Part shown: positions 26,329 to 38,669 of the stretch, in pieces
Layout: each line of letters starts with the position of its first letter
Numbering within the stretch: the stretch's first letter is position 1
Source: Squalus acanthias
Lineage: Eukaryota
Direction of reading: 5' to 3'
Assembly: GCA_030390025.1 (NCBI GenBank)
Contig: JASTWF010000033.1
Location: 3,784,001 to 3,848,000, forward strand
Length of the DNA stretch: 64,000 nucleotides
The notes under the pieces: generated by a model
What the model saw: the letters and a program-made list of their open reading frames with translations, nothing else
Database searches by the model: none
What the model was told of the DNA's origin: nothing
Translations under genes and position numbers: made by a program

Positions 26329-27419
26329 ATAGAGCATAGAACATAGAACAGTACAGCACAGTACAGGCCCTTCGGCCCTCGATGTTGTGCCGAGCATTGT
26401 CCAAAACCAAGATCAAGCTATCACACTCCCTATCAATCTGGTGTGCTCCATGTTCTTATCCAATAACCGCTTGAAAGTTCCTAAAGTGTCCGACTCCACT
26501 ATCACAGCAGGCAGTCCATTCCACACCCCAACCACTCTCTGAGTACAGAATCTACCTCGGACATCCCTTCTATATCTCCCCCCATGTACCTTATTGTTAT
26601 GCCCCCTTGGAGCAGCTGCATCCACCCGAGGAAATAGTCTCTGAACAACCACTCTATCTATCCCCCTCATCATCTTATAAACCTCTATTTAGTCGCCTGT
26701 CATCCTCCTCCGCTCTGAAGAGAAACGCCCTAGCTCCCTCAATCTTTCATTATAAGACCTCCCACACAAACAAGGCAGCATCCTGGTAAATCTCCTTTGC
26801 ACCCTTTCCAATGCGTCAACGTCCTTCCTATAGTGAGGTGACCAGAACTGAACACAATATTCCAAATGTGGTCTCACAAAGTCCTGTACAGTTGCAGCAT
26901 CACCTCACGGTTCTTAAACTCAAACCCCTTTTTAATGAACGCTAACAAACTATAGGCCTTCTAGAAACATAGAAACATAGAATCTAGGAGCAGGAGTAGG
27001 CCATTCGGCCCGTCGAGCCTGCTCCGCCATTCAATACGATCATGGCTGATCATCCAAATCCAGTACCCTGTCCCTGCTTTTTAATCCCCACAGTACACAT
27101 ATCCCACCCTACCCCCGTAACCCCACGTATTTAATTCCCCCTAACATATCCCATCCTATCCCCATAACCCCACATATTTAATCCCCCCTAACACTAAGGG
27201 TCAATTTATCATAGCCAAATCAACCTAACCCACACATTTTTGGACTGTGGGAGGAAACCGGAGCACCCGGAGGAAACCCACGCAGACACGGGGAGAATGT
27301 GCAAACTCCACACAGACAGTCACCCGAGGTCAGATTCGAACCCGGGTCTCTGGCGCTGTGAGGCACCAGTGCTAACCACTATGCCACCGTGTTGCCCGTT
27401 CTTTACTGCTCTATCCACC
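26329..27419 (-). mobile_element. CR1 3' fragment inside the satellite, copy 2 (contains a SINE)
   Basis: Same sequence and same junctions as copies 1 and 3. Confidence 0.9.
26963..27398 (-). mobile_element. tRNA-derived V-SINE (HE1-like) with a CR1-derived 3' tail
   Basis: Minus strand reads GGGCAACACGGTGGCATAGTGGTTAGCAC (A box)...GGGTTCGAATC (B box)...GTGTGGAGTTTGCACATTCTCCCCGTG...GGGTTTCCTCCGGGTGCTCCGGTTTCCTCCCACAGTCCAAA (V-domain), then a CR1 3' end; TSD TTCT at 26959-26962 / 27399-27402. Confidence 0.9.
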
Positions 27420-29345
27420 CCACCTCATGTCCTCAGCTCCTCCCCACCCCACCTAATATCCTCAGCTTCTCCCCACCCCACCAAATATCCTCAGCTCCTC
27501 CCCACCACACCTAATATCCTCAGCACCTCCCAACCTCACCAAATATCCTCATTCCTCTCCACCCGACCTAATATCCACATCTCATCCCCACTCCACCTAA
27601 TATCCTCAGCTCCTCCCCACCCAACCTAATATCCTCAGCCCCTCCCCACCCCACCTAATATCCTCAGCTCCCTCCCCACCCCACCTAATATACTCAGCTC
27701 CTCCCCACCCCACCTTATATCCTCAGCTCCTCCCCACCCCACCTAATATCCTCAGCTCCTCCCCACCCCACCTAATATCCTCAGGTCCCCCCCACCCCAC
27801 CTAATATCCTGTGCTCCTCCCCACCGCACCTAATATCCACAGCCCCTCCCCACCACACCGAATATCCTCAGCTACTCCTCACCCCATCTAATATCATCAG
27901 CTCCTCCACACCTCACCTAAAATGTACAGCCCCTCCCCACCAAACCTAATATCCTCAGCTTCTCCCCATCCCAACTAATATCCTCAGCTCCTCCCCACCT
28001 CACCTAATATCCTCAGCTCCTCCCAACCCACCTAATCACCTCATCTCCTCCCCAGCTCACCAAATGTCCTCAGCTCCTCCACACCTCACCAAATGTCCTC
28101 AGCTCCTCCCCACCCCACCTAATATCCTCACCACCTCCCCACCCCACCGAATAACCTCACCTCCACCCCACCCCACCCCACCTAATATCCTCAGCACCTC
28201 CCAACCCCACCGAATATCCTCACCTCCACCCCACCCCACCCCACCTAATATCCTCAGCTCCTCCCCACCCCATCTAATATCCTCAGCTCCTCCCCACCCC
28301 AACTAATATCATCATCTCCTCCTCACCCCAACGAATATCCTCAGCTCCTCCACACCCCATCTAATATCCTCAGCTCCTCCCCACTCCACCTAATATCCTC
28401 AGCCCCTCCCCACCCCACCTAATATCCTCAGCTCCTCCCCACCCCACCTAATATCCTCAGCTCCACCCCACCCCACCTAATATCCTCAGCTCCTCCCCAC
28501 CCCACCTAATATCCTCAGCTCCTCCCCACCCCACCTAATATCCCCAGCTCCTCCCCACCGCACCTATTATCCTCAGCTCCTCCCCACCCCACCTAATATC
28601 ATCAGCTCCTCCTCACCGCATCTAATATCCTCAGCTCCTCCCCACCCCACCTAAAATCCTCAGCCCCTCCGCACCAAACCTAATATCATCAGCGCCTCCC
28701 CACCCCAACTAATATCCTCAGCTCTTCCACACCCCACCTAATATCCTCAGCTCCTTCCCACCTCACCAAATGTTCTCAGCTCCTCCCCACCCCATCTAAT
28801 ATCTTCAGCTCCTCTCCACCCCACCTAATAGCCTCAGCTCCTCTCCACCCCACCTAATATCCTCAGCTCCTCCCCACCCCACCTAATATCCTCAACTCCT
28901 GCCCACCCCACCTAATATTGTCAGCTCCTCGACACCCCACTAATATCCTCAGCTCCTCTCCTCCCCACCTAATATCCTCAGCTCCTCCCCACCCCACCTA
29001 ATATCCTGAGCTCCTCCCCACCCCACCTAATATCCTCATCTCCTCCCCACCCCACCTAATATCTTCAGCTCCTCTCCACCCCACCTAATGTCCTCAACTC
29101 CTCCCCACCTCACCTTATATCCTCAGCTCCTCTCCACCCCACCTAATATCCTCAGCTCCAACCCCACCTTATATCCTCAGGTCCTCCCCACCACACCAAT
29201 ATCCTCAGCTCGTCCCCACCCTACCTAATATCCTCAGATCCTCCCCACCCCATCTAATATCCTCAGCTCCTCCCCATCCCACCTAATATTCTCAGCTCCT
29301 CCACACCCCACCTCATATCTTCAGCTCCTCCCAACCCCACCTGAT

Positions 29346-29996
29346 ATAGAGCATAGAACATAGAACAGTACAGCACAGTACAGGCCCTTCGGCCATCGAT
29401 GTTGTGCCGAGCATTGTCCAAAACCAAGATCAAGCTATCACACTGCCTATCAATCTGGTGTGCTCCATGTTCTTATCCAATAACCGCTTGAAAGTTCCTA
29501 AAGTGTCCGACTCCACTATCACAGCAGGCAGTCCATTCCACACCCCAACCACTCTCTGAGTACAGAATCTACCTCGGACATCCCTTCTATATCTCCCCCC
29601 ATGTACCTTATTGTTATGCCCCCTTGGAACAGCTGCATCCACCCGAGGAAATAGTCTCTGAACAACCACTCTATCTATCCCCCTCATCATCTTATAAACC
29701 TCTATTTAGTCGCCTGTCATCCTCCTCCGCTCTGAAGAGAAACGCCCTAGCTCCCTCAATCTTTCATCATAAGACCTCCCACACAAACAGGGCAGCATCC
29801 TGGTAAATCTCCTTTGCACCCTTTCCAATGCGTTAACGTCCTTCCTATAGTGAGGTGAGCAGAACTGAACACAATATTCCAAATGTGGTCTCACAAAGTC
29901 CTGTACAGTTGCAGCATCACCTCACGGTTCTTAAACTCAAACCCCTTTTTAATGAACGCTAACAAACTATAGGCCTTCTTTAATGCTCTATCCACC
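29346..29996 (-). mobile_element. CR1 3' fragment inside the satellite, copy 3
   Basis: Nearly identical to copy 2 without the SINE. Confidence 0.9.
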
Positions 29997-32900
29997 CCAC
30001 CTCATGTCCTCAGCTCCTCCCCACCCCACCTAATATCCTCAGCTTCTCCCCACCCCACCAAATATCCTCAGCTCCTCCCCACCACACCTAATATCCTCAG
30101 CACCTCCCAACCTCACCAAATATCCTCATTCCTCCCCACCCGACCTAATATCCTCATCTCATCCCCACCCCACCTAATATACTCAGCTCCTCCCCACCCC
30201 ACCTTATATCCTCAGCTCCTCCCCACCCCACCTAATATCCTCAGCTCCTCCCCACCCCACCTAATATCCTCAGCTCCTCCCCAACCCACATAATATCCTC
30301 AGCTCCTCCCCACCCCACCTAATATCCTCAGGTCCCCCCCACCCCACCTAATATCCTCAGCTCCTCCCCACCACACCGAATATCCTCAGCTCCTCCTCAC
30401 CCCATCTAATATCGTGAGCTCCTAATCACCGCACCTAATATCCTCAGCTCCTCCTCACCCCATCTAATATCATCAGCTCCTCCCCACCTCACCTAAAATG
30501 TACAGCCCCTCCCCACCAAACCTAATATCCTCAGCTTCTCCCCATCCCAACTAATATCCTCAGCTCCTCCCCACCTCACCTAATATCCTCAGCTCCTCCC
30601 AACCCACCTAATCACCTCATCTCCTCCACACCTCACCAAATGTCCTCAGCTCCTCCCCACCCCACCTAATATCCTCACCTCCACCCCACCCAACCCCACC
30701 TAATATCCTCAGCACCTCCCCACCCCACCGAATATTCTCACCTCCACCCCACCCCACCCCACCTAATATCCTCAGCTCCTCCCCACCCCACCTAATATCC
30801 TCAGCTCCTCCCCACCCCAACTAATATCATCATCTCCTCCTCACCCCACCTAATATCCTCAGCTCCTCCCCACCCCACCTAATATCCTGAGCTCCTCCCC
30901 ACCCCAGCTAATATCCTCAGCTCCTCCCCACCCCACCTAATATCCTCAGCTCCTCTCCACCCTACCTAATATCCTCAGCTCCACCCCACCTAATATCGTC
31001 AGCTCCTTCCCACCACACCAATATCCTCAGCTACTCCCCACCCCACTTAATATCCTCAGCTCGTCCCCACCCTACCTAATATCCTCAGCTCCTCCCCACC
31101 CCATCTAATATCCTCAGCTCCTCCCCATCCCACCTAATATTCTCAGCTCCTCTCCACCCCACCTAATATCCTCAGCTCCTCCCTACCTCACCTAATATCC
31201 TCAGCGCCTCCCCACCACACCTAATATCCTCAGCTCCTCTCCACCCCACCTAATATCCTCAGCTCTTCCCCACCTCACCTAATATCTTCAGCTCCTCCCC
31301 ATCCCACCAATATCCTCAGCTACTCCCCACCCCAACTAATATCCTCAGCTCGTCCACACCCTACCTAATATCCTCAGCTCCTCCACACACCACCTAATAT
31401 CCTCAACTCCTCCACACCCCACTAATATCCTCAGCTCCTCTCCACCCCACCTAATATCCTCAGCTCCACCCCACTTCACTTAATATCCTCAGCTCCTCCC
31501 CACCCCACCTAATATCCTCAGCTTCTCCCCACCCCACCTAATATCCTCATCTCCTCCCCACCCCACCAAATATCCTCATCTCCTCCCCACCCCACCAAAT
31601 ATCCTGAGCTCCTCCCCACCCCACCTAATATCCTCAGCTCTTCCCCACCCCACCTAATATCCTCAGCTCCTCTACACCCCACCTAATATCCTCAGCTCCA
31701 CCCCACCTAATATCCTTAGCTCCTTCCCACCACACCAATATCCTCAGCTCCTGCCCACCCCACCTAATATCATCACCTCCTCCCCATCCCACCTAATATT
31801 CTCAGCTCCTCCACACCCCACCTCATATCCTCAGCTCCTCCCCACCCCACCTAATATCCTCAGCTCCTCTCCACCCCAACTAATATCCTCAGCTCCACCC
31901 CACCTCACCTAATATCCTCAGCTCCTCCCCATCCCACCAATATCCTCAGCTACTACCCACCCCAACTAATATCCTCAGCTCGTCCCAACCCTACCTAATA
32001 TCCTCAGCTCCTCCCCACCCCACCGAATATCCTCAGCTCGGCCCCACCTCACTTAATATCCTCAGCTCCTCCCCCCCCCACCAAAAATCCTCAGCTCCTC
32101 TCAACCCCATCTAATATTCGCAGCTCCTCCCCACCCCAACTAATATCCTCAGCTCTTCCCCACCCTACCTAATATCCTCAGCTCCACCCCACCTAATATC
32201 CTTAGCTCGTTCCCACCACACCAATATCCTCAGCTACTCCCCTCCCCACCTAATATCCTCAGCTCGTCCCCACCCTACCGAATATCCTCAGCTCCTCCAC
32301 ACCCCACCTGATATCCTCAGCTCCTCCCCACCCTACCGAATATCCTCAGCTCCTCCACACCCCAACTGATATCCTCAGCTCCACCCCACCCCACCTAATA
32401 TCCTCAGCTCCTCCCCACCCCAACTAATAACCTCAGCTCCTCCCCACCGCACCTAATATCCTCAGCTCCTCCCCACCCCACCTAATATCCTCAACTCCTG
32501 CCCACCCCACCTAATATCATCAGCTCCTCCACACCCCACTAATATCCACAGCTCCTCCCCACCCCAACTAATATCATCAGCTCCTCCACACCCCACTAAT
32601 ATCCACAGCTCCTCCCCACTTCACCTAATATCCCCAGCTCCTCCCCACCCCACCTAATATCCACAGCTCCTCCCCACTTCACCTAATATCCTCAGCTCCT
32701 CCCCACCCCACCTAATATCCTGAGCTCCTCCCCACCCCACCTAATATCCTCAGCTCCTCCCCACCCCACCTAATATCCTCAGCTTCTCTGCACACTACCT
32801 AATATCCTCAGCTCCACCCCACCTAATCTCCTCAGCTCCTTCCCACCACACCAATATCCTCAGCTACTCCCCACTCCACCTAATATCCTCAGCTCGTCCC

Positions 32901-34527
32901 CACCCTACCTAATATCCTCAGCTCCTCCCCACCCCATTTAATATCCTCAGCTCCTCCCCATCCCACCTAATATTCTCAGCTCCTCCACACCCCACCTCAT
33001 ATCCTCAGCTCCTCCCCACCCCACCTAATATCCTCAGCTCCTCCCCACCACACCTAATATCCTCAGCTCCTCTCCACCCCACCTAATTTCCTCAGCTCCA
33101 CCCCACCTCACCTAATATCCTCAGCTCCTCCCCATCCCACCAATATCCTCAACTACTACCCACCCTACCTAATATCCTTAGCTCCTCCCCAACCCACCTA
33201 ATATGCTCAGATCGGCCCCACCTGACTTAATATCCTCAGCTCCTCCCCCCCCCACCAAAAATCCTCAGCTCCTCTCACCGCAGCTAATATCCGCAGCAAC
33301 TCCCCACCCCAACTAATATCCTCAGCTCTTCCCCACCCTACCTAATATCCTCAGCTCCTCCCCACACCACCTAATATCCTCAGCTCCTCCCCACCCCAAC
33401 TAATATCCTCAGCTGCTCCCCACCCCACCTAATATCCTCAGCTCCTCCCCACACCACCTAATATCCACAGCTCCTCCCCCACCCCGCCTAATATCCTCAG
33501 CTCCTCCCCACCCCACCTAATATCGTCAGCAGCTCCCCACCCCACATAATAACATCAGCTCCCCCTCACCTTATATCCTCAGCTCCTCCCCACCACACCT
33601 AATATCCTCAGCTCCTCCCCACCCCAACAATATCCTCAGCACCTCCCCACCCCACCAATATCCTCAGTTCCACCCCACCTCACCTAATATCCTCTGCTGC
33701 TCCCCCACCCCACCTAATATCCTCAGCTCCTGCCCACCCCACCTAATATCCTCAGCTCCTCCCCACGCCACCTAATATCCTCAGCTCCCCCCCACCTTAT
33801 ATCATCAGCTCCTCCCCACCCTACCTAATATCCTCAGCTCCTCTCACCCGACCTAATATCCTCAGCTCCACCCCACCCAACCTAATATCCTCAGCTCCAA
33901 CCCACTCCACCTAACATCCTCAGATCCTCCCCACCCCACCTCATATCCTCAGCTCCTCCCCACCCCACCTAATATGCTCAGCTCCTCCCCACCTCACCTA
34001 ATATACTCAGCTCCTCCCCCACCCCACCTAATATCCTCAGCTCCACCCCACCCCACCTAATATGCTCAGCTCCTCCCCACCTCACCTAATATACTCAGCT
34101 CCTCTCCACCCCACCTCATATCCTCAGCTCCTACCCACCCCATCTAATATCGTCACGTCCTCCCCACCCCACCTAATATCCATAGCTCCTCCCCACCCCA
34201 CCTAATATATTCAGCTCCTCCCCACCCCACCTAATATCCTCAGCTCCTCCCCACCCCACCTAATATCCTCAGCTCCTCCCCACGACACCTAATATCCTCA
34301 GCTCCTCCCCACCCCATCTAATATCGTCACGTCCTCCCCACCCCACCTAATATCCTCAGCTCCTCCCCACCCCACCTAATATATTCAGCTCCTCCCCACC
34401 CCACCTAATATCCTCAGCTCCTCCCCACCCCACCTAATATCCTCAGCTCCCCCCACCATGCCTAATATCCTCAGCTCCTCCACACCACACCTAATATCGC
34501 CAGCTGCTCCCAATTCCACCTAATATA

Positions 34528-35552
34528 TAAAGAGAGCGCAAAGGCTCTGTTTGAAGAATGGACTCATTCGACAATATTTTGTGGACTTTATTGGATTTTT
34601 GTGAGGGTATTTTCCCTCTGATGGGATCACCCTGTGTTACTATGTGGAAAACTGGTTTGTTAAAACTCCAGAGAACACATGGCAGATGGCTGTGACAAAA
34701 CAACTGTCAGTCATCCAGAATATGCAAAAACACCTCTCACTTCCATCTGAAATGAGAAGCAGAACAATGAACCCACTGGCATAGCCAGCCGGAGAGGAGC
34801 CCGTTTTGCCCAACACAAAGACTGAGAGATGTCCCAGACTTAGGGCCATTAGTCCAATCATGGAATACTCATGGGTCTGAGGATGACCCATCAATGATTA
34901 AGCACCGTAGTGCTTAGAAACAAAATGATTTTAAAGATTCGCTGGATAGATAGGGTTAGCGAGACTCCTGTAAAGATAGACCCTTTCCCACCATTCTCTC
35001 TCTCGTTCTCGCTGCACCAAGATCGACCTAACAAGAAGACCAGAGGAAGAAGCAGCTAAGTGGAGCGATCGAGACCGACTGCCTGTGGGGGTAATTATGG
35101 TCTCGAGTGTCCCAAACCGGTAACCAGAGTGCTCAGAGTTTTTTCTCAGAAGTGAAGCATTTGGGATATTCCAAGGATGGGAGCTTTGTTTGGTTTAGAC
35201 AGGATAAAAGGGCTTATGCGACTGGGTAATTCATTGGTAGGGCTGGAATTAGAGTCCACCATAGCAATAAGGGAATTGCTGTTGTCATAGTCCTCAGTTT
35301 TGTACTGTATGTATGTTGTTTGTAACCTGGATTTTATTCACCACAGAGGCAGAGATTTCGTTTAGTAGTGAATGTTTAGCCAGTGTATGTTAGACCAAAT
35401 ACATATAAGCTTGAATTTTCACTGAAACATTCCTGTCCGCGACTTATTTCATTTACACTCTGAATAATAATTCCCGGTATAGAACTTTCGAAATGCGGGG
35501 GCGATTCGAACCGTCCATCCAGCAATTGGGCTAGGATCAAACACCACTTACA
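34528..35552 (+). repeat. Outer provirus 5' LTR (~1025 bp)
   Basis: Aligns with 55593-55952 plus 60566-61243; ends CACTTACA directly before the PBS. Confidence 0.9.
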
Positions 35553-35556
35553 TCTC

Positions 35557-37053
35557 TTGGCGACCGCGGCAGGAACTGGGTTAAAGGAGTGTAAATCAGT
35601 CATGGACAGCGCTTCTGGCGAAAGATCCCAAATGGAGGAAAGAATTTCATCATATGTGTTTAAGAAGGGTAACGTCACTAAGAAGTGTGTGCTAGGCTTG
35701 TTGCGGTCTGAGCGTCCGGTGGACGCAGCGTTAGAATGGACGGAGGGCAAGGACCATAGGCGCAGCATTGAAAAGGCGATATTACCCGTCTGTCTGCAAA
35801 GACAAGTCCAACTGCTAGATAAGCAGGTTGCCAAGTTAGAGGCAGAGATCAGGGACTCCGAGGCACATTCAGATGCAAGGGCTGCAGTAGGGAGCAGGTT
35901 ATGCACGGAGTTAAGGGATGAGAAGCAGGGAAGAATAAGCCCGGAGAAAACCTTCCGTAATCATAAGGAGTTCCTGCAATGCCAGGTAACTGAGGCAAAG
36001 TGGAACGAGAGAGTGGTTAGGGAGGAGAACGCTCGCTTGTCGAGTGACTTAAAGGTGCTGGGAGAGCAGTTGAAGGATATTCAGGTGGCATACAGAGTCG
36101 CCAGCACTAGGGGGTTTGATAAAGGTAATCATGGTCCTGGCCAGGAGCAGATCCGGAATTCGACCGATGCTCTATCTCAGGCCAAAGGGATGGTCTGCTT
36201 GGTAGCTCCGGGAATGGCCCGGGTAGATGAGGAAGAGCAGGAGGGAGATAAGGAGGACTGTGAGGCAGAGGAGGACGCTCGACCACCGCCCGAAGTGCCG
36301 GGACCAGGACCCATGTGCCCTGTCCGGCAGCGGAAATAGGGTGCGCCCGTAGACGGTCAAGAGCAAGGAGCACTGCAGAGTGACTTCGTGATCCCGTATA
36401 CGACCCCCAGCTGCAGGCAATGGTCTCCAACCTGACCAAACTGACCAGCAAAGGGGACCCATCTGTCCATTTTACGGATGTGGAGCAGTTGGGGGGAATC
36501 AATAATTGTAACGAAGCTGAGACAGACAAATTACTTTTATTTTCCCAGGATAGTAGGTTGTACCAGTCGCTCTCAGCGGGTAGCAAGAGGGGGCAGGGTA
36601 CGTTAGAGGGGATAAAGGATGACATCCTAAAGGCAATGGTCCTCAATGATGGAAGTCCCTTCTTTCGTGTGGAAAGGATACTACAGTCAGCTGGGGAGGC
36701 ACCACAGGCTTCCGCGGACAGGCTTGGGCCCATCTACCGGAGTGCCTGTGCAGGGGTGCCCGACCGGGCGCAGCTGCAGGGGGAGCCTAGGACTCATTGG
36801 CTGAGGACCCTGGTGGTGAACAGCCTGCCCAGGATCAAGGCCAAAGCAGAGGGATGGTTCGATTCCAGGGATCCGCAGACCACAGAAGAGAGTGTGATCC
36901 GGCAGTTAACGATTTCTTTTAAGAATGGGAGGGGTGAGGATGACAAACCAAAGGGCAGAGTACACGAGTTAAAGCCTAGTGGAGGCAACGTTAGAAGAGA
37001 GTGGCGCCAGGAATGGTGTAGCTCAGAGAAGAAGCAGGGTTGTTATGGGTGCG
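35557..37053 (+). pseudogene. gag: Outer gag, 5' part (coiled-coil N region + capsid-like region); stop at 36337 and a frameshift; continues at 46285-46511
   Basis: Clearly homologous to the inner gag (YVF.K.N.TKK, GDPSVHF..VEQ...IN.C, THWLR..V.NSLP, KGRVHE). The zinc knuckle CYGC|GSKGHWRKDC is split by the inner element. Confidence 0.88.
35558..35574 (+). promoter_or_regulatory. Primer binding site (tRNA-Arg(UCG)-like), outer provirus
   Basis: TGGCGACCGCGGCAGGA is complementary to the vertebrate tRNA-Arg(TCG) 3' end ...TCCTGCCGCGGTCG-CCA (tRNA sequence recalled, not searched). Confidence 0.8.
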
Positions 37054-38665
37054 TGTAGAATTCGCAATATATCGCGATTTTATTAATAAGGAGAAAACAC
37101 AGAGTTTCGTTCGGACAGCTTTTGTTTCAGCGGAATGCTGACAGGTTTAAAGTGGACACAAGCGGCCTGTGGGGTGGCCGCCGCACCTCGTGACAGAACA
37201 TTCTGGACTTTTCAACGGGCAGACAGGATAGCGTTCCAATGGACATTTGTGTAGGATCGATTGGGATTCAGCACAGTGAAGATAGTACACGAGACATTAT
37301 GGGTTTGCAGTATACACATAAATACTGAAATCGGTCTCCCAGGTACAAATGAAAGCCATTGTACCGAGTAATCAAGGGCCCATCCAGGGGACATTAATAT
37401 GTAAAATCCCAACGACTCTACGATGAGAGAGCCGTTGGCAGGTAGTTGTGCAAGACACTTGGAAGCCCCAGGACCCCTCCGGGGAGAACACCGACCGATT
37501 TAACAATGGGAGAAATATTGACAGGTGCTCAGACATTTACGAGTAGCCCCGAAGCCCATTGGGAGCGGAGATCACCCATGCGGGACATTTGAGTGCCAGA
37601 CCCTAAACAAAAGAATGGACATTATAGTTGGGCGGGAAACGGAAGATTTTGCACTATAATTGCAGGCTCCAAACCGTCCATCTTTCTCTTATCCGATCGA
37701 TTCGTAACCTCGTGGCTGCTCCTGTGTACTCGTAGCTGGGCTCCTGCTTGCCTGTTGCCTCTTTTGAAAAGGACTGTTGAACTTTCTGATCCGTTCGGAT
37801 CTACCTCGTGTCGCGTAATGAAGACCTATATTGGTAACCGGTATCGGAACCAAAGGCCCGAGAAGAGATGAGATGAGATGAGATGGGAAGAGACGAAGAC
37901 CATACTTATCGCCACGGTCAGTAAGCCCCGACCGCGCCTGTAGGTCGAATTGACATTTTCCTTGCCAGGAAGACTTCTTCGAAAGAACGGACACCGGGAA
38001 ATTCTTTTCTTAAGTATTGACTGGAATGTGAAAACCACCAATACAGATCTTCATCACAGCAGACGGTCCGGCCTGCTAGCCGGAGCAGCAGAAGCAAGTA
38101 AACAAGTGGGACCAGGAGATCTCCTGACCGACACGTGGGTGCTGCGGTGAAAAACATCCGATCAGCTATTCGGAATTTCTCCGAGTTATCACGAGTGGTG
38201 AGCATGAGTCTCGAAATCCTACGAATCTAGTTTAGGATAGATATTGATAGGGGAGGGTTTAAGGATTAAGGATATTTGTAATGTGTGCCCCTATTTACTA
38301 TGTGCCGTTCGTTCCTCGTTTCCCTAAGATCGACTATATAACTGTTTGTAAGATTGTACTGTCATTAATCTGTGCTTATGACATGTATTTCATAATCTTA
38401 AGTATCATGCAATAAAGATTTTCCATTTCGTACCATTCAACCGAGTCTACATGAGTTTCATCTCCATTACTGCTCTCGCATCTAAGTCCAGTGTCTAGAA
38501 CCGTAAGGGCGAGTGATTCGAACCACTCACAGGTGTGTCTAGTGTTCCCAGACTGGCTGGAGACCAGAACAGGCAACAAGACCTAGACCCGCACTGACAT
38601 ACAGGCTGCACAGAGCCGCGTGAATCTCACAGGCTGCGAGACACGCAGGGTCAGAATCCCTTACA
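37054..38665 (+). repeat. Inner 5' LTR (1612 bp); AATAAA at 38411-38416
   Basis: Direct repeat of 44669-46280 with about 5 substitutions seen by eye. Confidence 0.97.
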
Positions 38666-38669
38666 GAAA

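Larger units (their letters stand above)
22306..34523. repeat. Tandem satellite, 29-bp unit (CCTAATATCCTCAGCTCCTCCCCACCCCA)
   Basis: Several hundred degenerate copies over ~12 kb, interrupted by three CR1 fragments; ends at the proviral 5' LTR. Confidence 0.97.

Noticed and set aside
27320..27398. tRNA gene
   Set aside because: It is the tRNA-derived head of a SINE, followed by the V-domain, a LINE tail and a TSD.
27240..30820. Pro/His-rich and Gly/Trp-rich ORFs
   Set aside because: Translations of the 29-bp satellite and the SINE antisense strand.
1..34523. CRISPR-like regular repeats
   Set aside because: The arrays are head-to-tail with no unique spacers and no cas genes, in a vertebrate context.
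37865..37885. (GAGAT)n short repeat in the inner LTR
   Set aside because: Four-unit microsatellite, identical in both LTRs, with no evidence of function.
37212..38579. Short ORFs in the inner LTRs (repeated at 44827-46194) as accessory genes
   Set aside because: All are 101 aa or shorter, mostly antisense with non-ATG starts and no motifs; their duplication just reflects LTR identity.
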